Origin: Basidiobolus meristosporus CBS 931.73
Lineage: Eukaryota > Fungi > Basidiobolomycota
Direction: 5' to 3'
Length of the DNA stretch: 64,000 nt
Assembly (NCBI GenBank): GCA_002104905.1
Contig: MCFE01000251.1
Span: forward strand, 1-64,000
The notes under the pieces were generated by a model. The model did no database searches, had not been told where the DNA came from, and saw only the letters and a list, made by a program, of their open reading frames with translations. Numbering within the stretch: position 1 is the stretch's first letter; the number at the start of each line of letters is the position of its first letter. Shown one piece after another: positions 11,030 through 24,606 of the stretch. The translations under genes and the position numbers were made by a program.

Positions 11030-13240
11030 AAGCTGATCAAGAGCAGGGACGTTGTATTTGAGGAAAATTCAGATCAGAAAGCCACAGAAATCATTGGCCA
11101 GCTGCCTGATGATGCAATCAACACAAATGAAGAAGATCCGTACCAAATCCAGCCAGAGATGGAAGATACTTCTACCAGTTCCAGATCAGAACAGATTATC
11201 CCAGTTAGGAGATCTACCAGAATAAGAAATGCCCTTGGATCCTGGTGGCAGACATCCAATGATCATGAAGAAGCTTATCTTGCCTTATGTGCCAAACCTC
11301 AGAATCTGGAACAGGCAATGCAAGGTCCAGATGCTACTAAGTGGCAATAAGCCATGCAGGAGGAGTACCAATCACTGATCAAGGCAAAAACGTGGGAACT
11401 GGTAGATTTACCAAATGGGAGAAAGCCAATAGGATGTAGATGGGTCTACAAGATCAAGATAACCTCAAATGGTGCTGTTGATAAGTACAAGGCTAGATTG
11501 GTAGCTAAAGGCTATTCCCAGATCCAGGGACTAGACTTTAAGGAAACATTTGCTCTGGTTGCCAAGTTTAACTCTATTAGGACAGTTCTAGCCCTGGCAG
11601 CTGTACACAGTCTAGATCTACACCAAATGGACGTCAAAACAGCCTTTCTAAATGGGGATTTGCAAGAAACTATATATATGGAGCAACCAGAAGGTTTTAC
11701 CGATCCAAAAAGCCCCCATAAGGTGTGCAAACTTAGAAAATTGTTGTATGGGCTTAAGCAGGCACCCAGAGCATGGTATAACAATATTGACACATATCTA
11801 GAGGAAATTGGGTTCTCTTGTAGCACTGCAGATCACAGTATATATGTGAAACAGCTCAAAAAGGGTGTGATCATCCTAGTTCTTTATGTGGACAACCTAA
11901 TTATAGCTACAAGTGATCAAGAGGCACTTAAACAGACAAAATCAGATCTCTTCAGCAAGTTTGAGATGAAAGATCTTGGAAAATTGAGCTATTTTCTTGG
12001 AATTGAGGTCAAATTTGACATACCTACGCAGAAAATTGTGCTGAATCAGTCTAAGTACATCAGGGACATTCTTAGACGCTTCAAAATGGAAAATTGCAAA
12101 CCTGCAGCAACCCCTATGGACAATAACCTGAAATTAAGCAAATCTCACCCAGTTATAGATGAAAACGGCTCAAATATGGACCAAAACTTTCCCTATCAAT
12201 CAATGGTTGGTAGCCCAATGTACATGATGGTATCTACATGTCCAGATATTGCAGTAGCAGTTGGAATAGTCAGTCAATTCATGTAGAATTATGGATCAGA
12301 TCAAATTGCAGCAGTTAAGCGGATTTTCAGATATCTACAAGGTACCATAAATATGGTACTGGAATACTCTGGAGCAGCTAATAGGCAAAAATTTGATGGT
12401 TATAGTGATTCAGATTGGGGTAGGGATTTGATTGACAGACACTCTACCACAGGCTATGTATTTCTTTATGCTGGTGCAGCTATTACTTGGAATTGCAAGA
12501 AACAACCAACTGTGGCACTATCTACAACTGAAGCCAAATATATGGCTGCATGTCAAGCAACTAAGGAGGCTATATGGCTACAAAAATTATTCAAAGACTT
12601 AGGTTTTAATTCAGGTGAACCAACATGTATTTACAAGGATAATCAAAGTTGTATTTCATTAGCTAGAAAGCCTACTAATCATGCCAGAACTAAGCACATT
12701 GATATACAGCATCACTTTGTGAGGGAAGCTGTAGAAAATAACTTAGTAGAGCTGGTTTACTGCCCAGCTGACAAAATGGTGGCAGACATATTGACAAAAC
12801 CACTAGCTAGGCCACAGTTTGAGATCCTTAGAGAGAAATTGGGATTAAGAAATTATTTAGTTGAGGGGGAGTGTTGAAATATTGGACTATTTGGTATCAT
12901 TCAGCAGCTAAAAATTTACTTAACAATTCTAGGCTAGTCTTAGTCACTGTAGGACTCATTTACTGCCTTAACTTTGCCACTTTCTCCAGATATATGATCT
13001 TATGATTATTCCCCTATAGTCAGGATCAAATTAGCACTATTACCAAACATTATGTACTAACCCTGAAACTGTTACAGAATGCTCCTGAATATTGAGAAAC
13101 CCTCCCTACTTAGTGTTGCAGCTGTATTACTTCTACAAAGGTATAAATACTGAGCTTCTTTATGAATAAACAACAGTTCAACTATTATCACTATTTCTTG
13201 ATAAGTTCCTTATATCCAAATCACTTCTTAAATTGCAACA
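11030..13240 (+). mobile_element. 5'-truncated Ty1/copia element, family B (RT, RNase H, PPT, 3' LTR 12872-13240)
   Basis: QMDVKTAFLNG, YGLKQAPRAW, YVDN, GYSDSDW, RTKHIDIQHHF; PPT gttgagggggag; LTR TGTTGAAA...TTGCAACA; premature stops at 11348 and 12284. Confidence 0.93.
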
Positions 13241-13245
13241 TTCCC

Positions 13246-16200
13246 TATATAGTTTGAACCAAAAAAAACTATGACCTCCTGCTTACCAACATCTACAAAC
13301 ATGCCTACCTGCCACAATTGACATACTTCTATCACCTCAACTTTATGGCATTTTAGTGTGCTACTTATAAAGTTGCCATAAATCTTATATTGCTGGTAAC
13401 ATATCCATCTTGAAGATATATGCTTGGTTGCCACCACTTTTGCTATGAATACCTCCTCAATATCTGCAAAGAACTTCTTACTATTTAGCCATTATATTCC
13501 TTCTCCCTGCTGGATTCTAGTCCTCCTGATAGGTGCATTTTGGCTCTTGTTTGTGTGAATTCTGACCTGAATGGTGTAAAAGTTGGCTTGTAACCAAGAG
13601 AAACCTGGCATTTATTGGCAGAGTTTTCCTAATAAAAATTAATTGATTGTTGCACCCAACCCAACTTTGCATTACTTAACTGGTTACCCACATATTGAGG
13701 CTGCTTAGCTTCTTAATTCCATAAGCATAGGTGTCTCCATGTGCACCTCTGTCCTCAGTATTTCCAACTCTTCCTGGCTGTCCTCCATCTGCCAACTCAT
13801 CACATCCTTAGCAGATTTGAAGGTACTTTGGTAGTACCTGCAACTTGACTCATCTTACTATATCCCCACACATCTGCACCAAAACAAACTCACAAAAAGT
13901 GAAGCAAGGCCTATTTTTTTCCACACACCAAGCAAGATAGAATAGAGAAAGGATACACTAGCAGCAGATATCTTTACATTCAGCTTTATGTTTGTAGTTC
14001 TTGCTGCTCAAATCCTGTTGCAAACCCCTTGCACAGAGCATTACATATGTCAAGTTGGCATAGGTGATCTGCATCAGGATAAATATTCCTACAATGTTGG
14101 CATATGACTCCTAATGCTGTAAATGTGCACTTTGTATAAATGGCTTCAGAAGGACATGTGATTTAATAGATATCCAGTTGAACTTGTCCTTGCACTTGTA
14201 TTGTTGCAAATGCATATGGATCTTGATTGGAGCCTGTGAGAAGTACCTAGGGTAGCAGATACACTGTAATATCTTGCCAATTCATTCACATTTCTATAGT
14301 ATCTCAAAGGGCTCATTTAGCCTAAAATACCTCATGTACATCTTGGTCATCAGTATAGGAATATTATTGACAAGCAAATGCATTGCTCCCTGTGCAAAGC
14401 TTTTGCTATTACAGATACCTACTATCTTAAGTATCTCAGTTTTCCAGTTAACTCCATATTTTGGTCAATGACTTATAGCTTACAAACTTGGGCTGCAATT
14501 TCATGCAGACTTCTGTATGTCTCTTTGCACAATGATGATGTTCTTAGTGTTGGTGTTTGGGTTATATTAATGTGAGTGAGTTATGGAGTAAGTCCCCTGG
14601 ATCTCACACATTTGACAGCAATACCATTCATTGTACCCAGAAAAGGTGGCTATCTTGCTGATGGCTGTGATATCTCCAATGCAAATAATGATATATGCTT
14701 TGACATGATGGCCATTTACTGTTATCCTGCTGGAAAGCACACAAATTCATCCAGTAGTGGATACAGGTAGCATTCAGGTTGAACAGTGATTTAGGCCCAG
14801 ATACCAGTGAGACTGCCATCAGATTTCTGTTCTGATACCAAAAGACAGACAGTGGATACAGGTTATTAAGAGTCAGTGGCTGGCAGGACTGGGTGATGGT
14901 GTACTTGCTCAATGAGAATCCATCAAGTGCTAAGGCAAAGGCATGGCTATACATACCTTACAGGTAGCCCTTCCTTCTTAACTGTCTATCAGGTTTGCCA
15001 TCAAATATATCAGATGTGTTTCACTTGATTGATACTCAGTGTGGTATTTTATAGCTTCACATTATCTATAGGACTGCATGAGCTTCTTTAGATGGGGTAT
15101 TACCAGAACATATTCAGAATATGAGCAATATTCTTCCCAAATGGTGGTGGATCCCTGACAAGTTAGATACCTTGCAATGGTGGCAATTTAGGATATGAAT
15201 GCCATGCAAAAGTTAACATATGCTGGAATCAGGACAGTCTCTGGGTTTAATGTTGACAGCTGCATGAGAGTTGTCCATTTTTTCCATGTGCATGGTAAGT
15301 GCATCCCAGAATAATTTTGGCAAGAAGTAGTAGTAATTTCTCAAAGCCCCCACTACTCATAGTAGTGGTAGCATGGCACATCTCTAGCTATCACATCACA
15401 TCATTCAGCAGTAAATGGATCACTGGGCTCACTGGACTCTTTAAGTATCCTTGGCATTTTTTTCCACATGTGTTGTCTCATTGCATAATGGATATTGCCT
15501 GGCTCATGCAAGGTACTGTTGCTAGGGAAGATAGGCCCACAATCCATGAGCATGCCTGCTTCTTCAGGGCTATCACTCTCCATGCTATATTCAAAAGACT
15601 AGGGTGAGCCTAAAGGTGTTACAAGCCTACCAGACTAGGTTTGTGGAAGGTGACAAGTATGGCCAGGTGCCATTATTGAAATATCAAGTGGCCAGCAAGA
15701 TTTTGTTGGTACAGTGGTGACTGGTGAATGGTCTAATATGACTTGTGTGGCAATACACTAGCTGTGATCCTTGCAATACTTCCTATGCTGTCTATATGCT
15801 TCATGGCTGAGAGGCTTGTTACAATAGCCACATGGTCTTTTTCCTCTTCTCTTACAGTGTTGCATCAAAGTAGCCTTGTCCATGGGGTAAACAATTTGAC
15901 ACTCAACAACATAACACCATTATATCATTTTTTGTCAAAACTCATGTGAATTTAAGTCAGTCTTGTATTTGTGACAGTGCACTTACATGAATGTAAGACT
16001 TAATGATGACTTTCCATAGCAAGCATTATAAATAAAGTTGTGGCACCACATACACATGTATATGTAACACCATTTTGCCTTAGGTTTGACTCACATCCAT
16101 ATATATGCCACCAAAAATAAAGCAAAGTTGTCTGGTTCCCAACCAAAACCCACTGCTGACAGTAGAAGTAGAACAGTTGGTCAACAGCATGCGTCAACAT

Positions 16201-17317
16201 CTAGAGTAACCAGCAGGGTTACACCCAAAAAAGGCCCTGTGCATCAATAAGGCAATTAGGAACAGTAGCAATAGGATAGATGTAATGGCCCAGAGAAATC
16301 AGGAAATAGTCCAGAAGCAGGATGAGTGGATAAAAGGTGTTGAGCACTCAATCTCCTTGGTGGAGAAAGCAGTATCTTTGCAGTAAAGAAGGAACTTAAG
16401 TAGCTGAATCTCACAGCCAAGGGCTTAGCCATTTCCAAATGTAACTGTCATGATCACATGACCACCATGAACACCCATGCCAAGTTTCAGCTTCCTAGCT
16501 CAATTTCTAAGAGATTCCTTCTGGAACCTTCTACCACCTTCCAGAAAGTTCCTGTCCATTCCAAACAATTGTTACACAATGGAACATTCCATGAAAGCTT
16601 CCCATTGTATTTTTCATAGTTTAGTACCATATATGGAAATACTAGGTCACATAACTTAGTTACATGATTAGGTGACCCAACTCCTTTCTTCATCCGGTTT
16701 CAGTGCCGTGTCATCTATGTTATTATCCCCAGCATCATTGCTGTGCCTCACCCCACAACCCCATTAGTATTAGCCAATATCTCTTGGCATCAGTATAGCC
16801 AAAAAGTATATATAGTCTTATCCCCCCTTAAGTATTCCTCAGTCTGATAAACCCAGGTCTTGAATAAACAGCCTTGCCTTGAATCCTGTCTTGCCTTGTC
16901 GGTCCACACCTAAGTCCTTTCCTGCCATGCCTAGCTTTTCCTCCTGCCTTGTGTCTATTCATAACAGTAACAACAGAGCAACACTACACAGTCTTTGAAA
17001 CACAACAACAGCACCCAACAATAAAGCTGGCACAAAAATCTATTACTGCATGGGAGGGAGAAAATGTGATGTGTATATAAAAGCCTAAAATTAAATGACA
17101 TTGCAGATCTGCAAAGCTGCTGAGTGCAATAAAGAAGAGCAGGCTAATACTGAAGAGGCTATCAGAAGTCAAGCAAGCCTACACCTTAAGGCCAGCATAC
17201 CATGAGACCATCAGGAGCTCAAGGCCAAGCAGAATGTGCTTGACCTGTTCCATGAGCATTATCCTGGATTCAAGCAAGCAAATGGATTTTAGGCCAGTAT
17301 TGGTATGCTAAGATAGT
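13246..17317. mobile_element. CACTA remnant copy 2 (nearly full-length Tnp2 pseudogene on -, ORF2 on +); continues at 25667-25960 and 30187-~30400
   Basis: Minus-strand motifs RPCGYCNKPLSH, VNFCMAF, SDIFDG, ALALDGFS, SLVSGPK, FAQGAMHLL; flanks of later insertions rejoin colinearly with copy 1. Confidence 0.82.
16446..16966. repeat. Solo LTR (521 bp) of a further family, GTAAC TSD
   Basis: TGTCATGA...TCATAACA; GTAAC at 16441-16445 and 16967-16971; empty site at ~4650. Confidence 0.88.
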
Positions 17318-17399
17318 AGATTTGTTCCATCTTACCATGCCAGGGTGTGCAGCACAATCCACAGTCTTTAAGAACAATTAGGTGCAATATTGTAGCTAC

Positions 17400-18801
17400 C
17401 AGTAAGCAGGATTGCTCTTGGACAATTTTGCCCCATGTGGGATGATATTGCACACTATGGCACAATCTGACACAATGAGGTTGGCACAAATGATTGCGCC
17501 CACTTGTAATGTTTGCATCACGTGCGCAACTGAATACTGCTATTATGCTAGGTAAAATCTGGTATCTTGATATGTTTCTTTAATATAAATGGAAATAGAT
17601 GCGTATCACACTATAAACTCCACTGATACTTACCATTTTGGTTACCATCACTCTAATTGCATGCTAACTCAGTGGTTAATTGATCCAAAAGTATCTTGAA
17701 GCTGTCAGCCCCCAATTGGCTCTTTGACCAATACACAAGCTACCTGATTTGCCATCAAATATCCCATTTTGCCCATCAAGCAAGTAAATCCCCAATCCTA
17801 GTGATAGGACAAGGTGTCATAGCTAGCATGCAACCAATTGTTTAGGTGCAAATCAGATCAAATGGCTGCACTGGTGCCACAGATGATGTATACATATGCT
17901 GGGTGTTTATTCACAGGGGTCCTGTCTGAAATGCAAGACAACCTTGGTAATGCTTACATCAAAAATTTAGTGATCACTGATTTGTAATGGCTTGATGCAG
18001 ACTGCAAAAAAAATGTGCTGTGTAGATCACTACAAATAATAGCAATTGAATGCAATTGGATCATCCTTTCCTAGGTTTTTTTCTCACAGGGATTACTACT
18101 GAAGCATTTGGTAGTGATTCACTTTTCACACCTTACTACTTTCTTGTTGACTATCCTCTTGGCTACTTGTGTATTTGTAGTCAGTAATTTGCCTCCTAGT
18201 TGATGAGTGCAATGCTGCAGCTTGGCCGTGCTGAATTGCTCCGGATGATGCAACTGAGCTAGCCTGCAGTGTTGTGTGCTGACATGTTCTTATACTTGCT
18301 AAAGGCTCTGGTGGTGGAGGCACTTCATGTGGATCATCATCAGTCAGTTCACCAGAAGAAACTTGATGATGGTCAGGTGTAATGGCACACGCAGATGTGA
18401 CTTGATGCGTTGGTATGGCCCTTGACTGAGTTTGATGTGATGCTGCTTGTTGATGCAACTTGGCCCGCTCCAATGAACTCATGTCTTTTTGAGCAGTTTG
18501 ACAAGCTCTGGTGGTTTTGCTCTGAAGCGTGCAAGTTGACCCAATATGTGTTGACTCAATGCAGAGCACCCTTGTGAAGGGTGTTGGCGTAGTTTAGACT
18601 GACATGCACCGGCATGCTGAAGTTGCAAGGGATGGTAGGGAATCCAGCAAGGCATGCTGGTGTAATCTAGACAATCTTGCTTGCAGTCTGTATTCTTCCT
18701 CTTGAAGCTCACCTTCTGATTCCTCAAGGTATTCACCTGCCCTCTGTCTAATACTTTGGAACTGTTGGCTGGATGAGTCCTGTGTATATTGCTCTTAGAA
18801 G
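17400..18801 (-). pseudogene. Putative accessory gene of the PHIS element (3' part), unknown domain
   Basis: Long minus frame QYTQDSSSQQFQSIRQRAGEYLEESEG...*TTPTPFTRVLCIES... to 18126; further exon-like segment (LVYWSKSQLGADSF.ILL) ending at a GTAAGT donor; 5' part probably 23782-24288. Confidence 0.4.
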
Positions 18802-19179
18802 TGTTACAAGTCTTGGTATAAGAGTTGTAGAGGAATAGGGAGTTTAGCTAGTATTGTATTCACTAAAACTTGAACTGATTTTTATTGAGGTTCCAGCAGC
18901 TCCTTATATACATTTTGCCAGATCAATTGCTGACTAATTGTATTTCCTAATGTAGGTTGTGGCTGATGACTCATTTGATTGCATCATCATCACCCAATAA
19001 GATCCTACTTAATATATCTATTTCTGTCTGATAAGGATCTGCTGATTCATTTGCTGACTAATGCTACTGATTTCATAGATAATACTGATATACTGATAAC
19101 CTAAACATATACTAATTGATTTGACTAAAAACTGATCTAACTTAAACATTCAAGCGGCAGATCATAACATTCTCCCCTA

Positions 19180-22100
19180 CTAAAGTTGAGAGGGTTCTCC
19201 TGAATCTCTTTTCTTGTGATACCAATATCTTGATGGTTCAGTATTATCAGCAAGTCTTGCAAGCTTGAGTCTGTCCCTATGCACTAAGTCTTCCCGGATA
19301 TTACCTTGCTTGTCCACCAGTTGGTAAGTTGCAAATGGACATTCTCTGATGATCTTGAATGGTCCTGTCCATTGTGGCTCAAACTTCTTCCGAGTGTTGT
19401 TTCTTAGCAATACAAAGTTCCCAACTGTCAATGCTTCTGGTGCTATAGTCTTATCAAATCTCTGCTTCATCTTTTCTGCACTTTGAGATACTTTGGTCTG
19501 TGCCTCTTGACGTCTTTGTTCCAGTTGCTGGTGTCTACTTGGCTGACTAAGTTCATCTTCTAAGGCATCTGTAAGCTTGGGTTGTGTGAGATCTCCTGGA
19601 ATCCTAGGTTCACATCCATAAACTAAGTAAAATGGTGATTGCTGGGTGGTGTTGTGTACTCTGACTCTGCATGCAAAGAGTGCTTGGTCTATATACTCAT
19701 CCCATCTACTGACAACTCCATTTGCATACTTAGTCAGCATTTTTCCAAATAATCCATTAAACCGCTCAGTGACTCCATTAGTTCTGGGGTGATATGCCGA
19801 GGTTTTCAAGTGTCTGATCTGCTGCATTTCCAGGTAAGCCTCTAATGTCTTTGCCATAAAGTTTGCACCTCTATCGGATAAGATCTCCACAGGGCATCCA
19901 AACTTCATCAGGATCTCATGGTAAATGAAACTTGCAACTTCTTGTTCACTGGCTATTGGTACGGCTTTAGCAACTGGCCATTTAGTGGCATGGTCAATAG
20001 CTACTAGGATCCAACGGTTACATTTCCTGGTAGTTGGCAGTCTTCCAATAAAGTCAATTCCCCATCTCTCAAATGGTCTGACAGGCTCCAAAGGGAAGAG
20101 TTCGGCAATTCTTTGTGGCTGGCCCTGATTGATTTGGCAGTTTGGGCATGTTTTCACTAGCTTCTCAATATCTTGTTTCATTCTGGGCCACCATGCTCTG
20201 GCTTTCACAAGGCTATAGGTTCCTTCAATCCCAAGATGTCCATATCCATTGTGTAGCTTATGTATTAAATCCAGGCGAGCAACATAAGGACAATAGGCAA
20301 TAGGGCTTCCATCAACAATTCGGTAGAGTGTTTCATCCTGTACAACAAATTTGCTGGCTTCATCCCGGATTATCTTCTTGATATCTTCATCCACCTCATT
20401 AGGAATGGCTTGGTCCTCCAAGTACTTTGGTAATAGGCTAGGCCAATCTGATTCATGCACCAAGTTGAGTTGTGCAACTTGATCTAATCTTGATAAGGCA
20501 TCAGCAACCGTGTTGTTTTTTCCAGGGCAGTAGACAATCTCCAGGTCAAATTGCTGAATGTATTCACTCCATCTTGTCATTCTTCTAGAGAGTACCTTCT
20601 GAGTAAATATATACTTGAGGGAGGCATGATCAGTCTTCACAGTGCATTTGACTCCTTCAATATAGCATCTCCATGTCTTCAAACAGTGTATTATAGCAAG
20701 CATCTCCTTCTCATGGACTGGATAGTTTTGTTCTGCTGAGTTCAGTTTCTTGGATTCAAAGGCAACAGGGTAGTCCTTTCCCTCGTGTTCTTGGCTCAGC
20801 ACTCCACCAATTGCATAATCTGAAGCATCTGTGCATAGAGTGAACTCTTTTCTGAAGTCTGGTATTCTTAAGCTTGGCAACTTAGCAAGTTCATTCTTTA
20901 GCGTCTGGAAGGCAGTCTCACAAGCTATGTCCCACTTGTAGGTATTGTCTTTCTTGAGGATATCAGTTAAAGGGGCTGCAATACTTGCAAATGACTTGAC
21001 AAATCTCCGATAATAGGAAACCATTCCAAGGAAGGATCTGAGTTCTGATATGCTATGGGGCTGCTTCAAATTCTTGATTACTTCCACCTTCTTGGGGTCT
21101 AAGGTTACTCCTGTGCTAGTCACTATGTGTCCCAGATATTCTACGTGTTCCTTGAAGAATTCACACTTGGCTAGCTTGCCATATAGCTTGTTCTCTCTTA
21201 GTTTCTTCAACACCTTTTCAATGTGTACCATGTGATCCTTTTCTGTCTTGCTGTATATCAATATGTCATCCAGGTAGATTATCACAAACTTGTCTAAGTA
21301 CTCCTGAAAGACAGTCTGCATCAGCGTCATGAATGTTGCAGGGGCATTAGTGAGGCCAAAACTCATAACTAAGTACTCGTAATGTCCATATCTGGTCCTG
21401 AATGCTGTCTTAGGGATATCTTCTGGTTTTACCCTAATCTGGTTGTATCCTGACATGAGGTCAATCTTGCTGAAAATAGTGGCTCCATTAAGTTGGTCTA
21501 AAAGCTCATCAATCCGAGGTATGGGGTACTTATTCTTGACGGTAACTGAGTTCAGGGCTCTGTAGTCAATGCACATCCTAAGTGTTCCATCCTTCTTTTT
21601 CACAAAAAGCACTGGTGCTCCCCAGGGTGACTTGCTGGGCCTGATGTATCCTTGCTCCAATAGCTGATCAATTTGTCTCTTCATTTCCTCCAATTCCAAT
21701 GGACTCATTCTGTAAGGTGTCTTGCTTACTGGAGGGCTATCTCCTGTGTCAATGGCATGATCCACGTCTCTGACTGGTGGTAGGCTTACAAGCTCATCTG
21801 GAAACACGTCTGAGTATTTCTTCAAGAGAGTCTGGACCTGCTGGGGTGCTGGGGTAGAGGAATCCTCCTGTAATACCGCCATGAGGAACATCTCGGTACC
21901 TTTTCTAAGTGCTCTACAGAACTGGGTCTTGCTAAGTTCACTTGTCTCACACACACTGGAATTGACCAAGTTGAAATCCAGCCTGGCAGGTAATAGCTCA
22001 TAGGTCTTGTTGTCTTTTTGGATCTGAGTAGCATGGGTTCTCCAGTTGATTGATGGATTACGACAAAATAGCCAGGTTTTTCCAAGTACAAGGTCAAACT

Positions 22101-23313
22101 TGCAGTTCCCAAATATATAAGCCTGTAGGTCTTCTTCATAGTCATTGATCTTCATTCTTACTGGCTGGGTAATACGGTTGATTATGTGGGAGTTCCCATC
22201 AGCTGTGGAGACTGAAGTTGATTTGGTAGGTTCCGAGTTGATTCCAGCTTTCAAAGCAAATTGCTCTGACATGTACTCATGCGATGCTCCTGAGTCAATC
22301 ATGATCTTGGCAGGTACTCCATTGATTGCTCCATTCAGGTACAATAACTTCCCTGAGTTTGAAGTCATTTGGGACAAGTACTCTTCTGTCATATGGAAGG
22401 TGAGTTCCGAGTCTTCTTCAAGCTCATCTTCCTCATTATTGTGTTCATGGGACTCAATATGGTTGAAGGTTCTTGTTGGCTGGTGTCCATTTCTTCTCTG
22501 AGGGCAGTACTTTGCAATATGTCCCTGCTGGTGGCAATTGAAGCAAAGTCCTCTCTTCTTGCATTCTTCTGAGGAGGGATTCTTCTGCATAGCGTCTATT
22601 TCCATTGGTACTGCTTCTGATTGTCTTCTTTCATAATGATTATAGCCTTTTTGATTAGTCACTGTAGGCTTCCCAACTCCAAACATAGCTGAGTCATAGT
22701 CAATGGCAATCTTGATGGCTTCTTCAATAGTCTGAGGTCTTCGGTAATTGACTTCCTTGCGAGTTCTTTCTTTCAACCCATCAATAAAGTATTCAACTTG
22801 ATCCAAGGGGTCCATTCTTTCAATTTGTCCAAGTAGACATCTGTACTCATAGATGTATTCTTGTACCATTCCTTTCTGTCTGAGTGTCTTTAACTTCCTT
22901 CTTAGTAGTGTCTGCTGGTGTGGAGGTTCAAAAGCATCCTGAATTTCCGACACAAACTCATCCCAGGTAGAGATTGTAGAGCATCCCATCATAGTAGCTG
23001 ACCTGATCTTGTTGTGGTACCACTGTAAAGCTGCATCTGCCAGGTAAGAAGCTGCATAATGCAACTTGCTCTCTGGAGCAATTCCTTTAGCTTTAAAAGC
23101 TTCTTCAATCTGAAAGAGCCAAGTTCCCAGGTTTTCATTGACTCTGCCATGGTACCGGTTGACCTTCACACTAAAGTTGCTCTTGACAGGGCTTTGCTGG
23201 CTCTGAGCCATGGTAGTCATTCCTTGTTGCTGTTGGCTGAGGATCTGGAGTAGCTGTTGCTGTTGAGCCAGGATTTGCTGCATGGCATTCTTCCATTCTT
23301 GATTATCCGACAT
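19180..23313 (-). CDS. Gag-Pol polyprotein (gag, zinc knuckle, PR, RT, RNase H, IN), 1377 aa
   Basis: [39 protein letters not shown]...CPNC, GIDF, SDRG, GPF-type C-terminus. Confidence 0.97.
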   Translation of the reverse strand: MSDNQEWKNAMQQILAQQQQLLQILSQQQQGMTTMAQSQQSPVKSNFSVKVNRYHGRVNENLGTWLFQIEEAFKAKGIAPESKLHYAASYLADAALQWYHNKIRSATMMGCSTISTWDEFVSEIQDAFEPPHQQTLLRRKLKTLRQKGMVQEYIYEYRCLLGQIERMDPLDQVEYFIDGLKERTRKEVNYRRPQTIEEAIKIAIDYDSAMFGVGKPTVTNQKGYNHYERRQSEAVPMEIDAMQKNPSSEECKKRGLCFNCHQQGHIAKYCPQRRNGHQPTRTFNHIESHEHNNEEDELEEDSELTFHMTEEYLSQMTSNSGKLLYLNGAINGVPAKIMIDSGASHEYMSEQFALKAGINSEPTKSTSVSTADGNSHIINRITQPVRMKINDYEEDLQAYIFGNCKFDLVLGKTWLFCRNPSINWRTHATQIQKDNKTYELLPARLDFNLVNSSVCETSELSKTQFCRALRKGTEMFLMAVLQEDSSTPAPQQVQTLLKKYSDVFPDELVSLPPVRDVDHAIDTGDSPPVSKTPYRMSPLELEEMKRQIDQLLEQGYIRPSKSPWGAPVLFVKKKDGTLRMCIDYRALNSVTVKNKYPIPRIDELLDQLNGATIFSKIDLMSGYNQIRVKPEDIPKTAFRTRYGHYEYLVMSFGLTNAPATFMTLMQTVFQEYLDKFVIIYLDDILIYSKTEKDHMVHIEKVLKKLRENKLYGKLAKCEFFKEHVEYLGHIVTSTGVTLDPKKVEVIKNLKQPHSISELRSFLGMVSYYRRFVKSFASIAAPLTDILKKDNTYKWDIACETAFQTLKNELAKLPSLRIPDFRKEFTLCTDASDYAIGGVLSQEHEGKDYPVAFESKKLNSAEQNYPVHEKEMLAIIHCLKTWRCYIEGVKCTVKTDHASLKYIFTQKVLSRRMTRWSEYIQQFDLEIVYCPGKNNTVADALSRLDQVAQLNLVHESDWPSLLPKYLEDQAIPNEVDEDIKKIIRDEASKFVVQDETLYRIVDGSPIAYCPYVARLDLIHKLHNGYGHLGIEGTYSLVKARAWWPRMKQDIEKLVKTCPNCQINQGQPQRIAELFPLEPVRPFERWGIDFIGRLPTTRKCNRWILVAIDHATKWPVAKAVPIASEQEVASFIYHEILMKFGCPVEILSDRGANFMAKTLEAYLEMQQIRHLKTSAYHPRTNGVTERFNGLFGKMLTKYANGVVSRWDEYIDQALFACRVRVHNTTQQSPFYLVYGCEPRIPGDLTQPKLTDALEDELSQPSRHQQLEQRRQEAQTKVSQSAEKMKQRFDKTIAPEALTVGNFVLLRNNTRKKFEPQWTGPFKIIRECPFATYQLVDKQGNIREDLVHRDRLKLARLADNTEPSRYWYHKKRDSGEPSQL

Positions 23314-23360
23314 CTTGAGGGTGGTTTCTTCTTTTCTTCAGGAGGGAGGTTTCTGGTTAT

Positions 23361-23371
23361 CGCTGCTACCA
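23361..23371 (-). promoter_or_regulatory. Primer-binding site, probably tRNA-iMet 3' end
   Basis: TGGTAGCAGCG 1 nt from the 5' LTR; TGGTAGC is the complement of the initiator-tRNA GCUACCA end. Confidence 0.7.
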
Positions 23372-23781
23372 ATGTTACAAGTCTTGGTATAAGAGTTGTA
23401 GAGGAATAGGGAGTTTAGCTAGTATTGTATTCACTAAAACTTGAACTGATTTTTATTGAGGTTCCAGCAGCTCCTTATATACATTTTGCCAGATCAATTG
23501 CTGACTAATTGTATTTCCTAATGTAGGTTGTGGCTGATGACTCATTTGATTGCATCATCATCACCCAATAAGATCCTACTTAATATATCTATTTCTGTCT
23601 GATAAGGATCTGCTGATTCATTTGCTGACTAATGCTACTGATTTCATAGATAATACTGATATACTGATAACCTAAACATATACTAATTGATTTGACTAAA
23701 AACTGATCTAACTTAAACATTCAAGCGGCAGATCATAACAGAAGTCACTTAGCTCTACTAATATATCACATAATACATTAG

Positions 23782-24288
23782 TCATTTGAGGCAAAACTTG
23801 TTTAAAATCTCTTTGGTTCCCAATGTTGAAGCACTAACAGATGCATCCAGCCCATACTGGGCAACATGTGTGCAAAATTGTTCCCACGTGGCTTCCTTGT
23901 TGAATTCCCCCACTCTCAGCTCATTTTTGATTTCAATACTTGTCTTGTTATAAATCTTCTTACATACATCCGCTGGCATCTTGATGTAGAACTCATGCCA
24001 CAGCTTTCTACTCAGGTTCTTCCATCTATGTTAACTCTCCAAGGTATCTAGTTCTGCTAGATTAATGATTAGTGCCCAAATATCTGTATGAAGGCTCATC
24101 ATAGAAACTTGGTCCATACTGAAATCAGTTGGCAAGAACTCAAATGGATCCAATGTTGACTTTTCCAGTCCAGACCATGTTGTGAGCTGGGGGATGGGTT
24201 TTGTCTGGGTTGTACTAAAGATGAGTTGAGACTTAGTAAAGGGACCATAGTGACAGATTTGGATACTTATACAGAAGTGTATTGGCAT
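23782..24288 (-). pseudogene. 5' part of the putative PHIS accessory gene
   Basis: Two short minus-strand ORFs divergent from the transposase and inside the element boundaries. Confidence 0.35.
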
Positions 24289-24606
24289 CTACCTGGTCTT
24301 ATATGATAAATATATGAAAACTTATATGATTGTGGAATTTTCCATATATTACGCATGTTGCATCTTAGATTGCATTGACATGAATTAAATCACATCAATT
24401 GCAGATTTCCTATTTAATTATAGACTTGTGAGTAAAACGTCAATAAAAATACCCAGTCATTGTTTGAGGATGATTTTTGCAACATAATGATGGGATACAT
24501 GGCAATTGATGGAGATTTAATCATAATGCATGGAAAATCAGATAAATAAAGCTGATAGTGCCAAATTGATTCAAATCACCTCAGCCCAATCTTCTACCAG
24601 TTTAAT

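Larger units (their letters stand above)
18802..23740 (-). mobile_element. Intact, very young Ty3/gypsy LTR retrotransposon (family D), GAAG TSD
   Basis: 368-bp LTRs 18802-19169 and 23373-23740 with no difference found by eye; PBS TGGTAGCAGCG; PPT taggggagaa; single uninterrupted ORF. Confidence 0.97.

Noticed and set aside
19180-19450. Chromodomain at the end of gypsy D integrase
   Set aside because: Only a GPF/SH3-like tail is visible; no chromodomain aromatic pattern.
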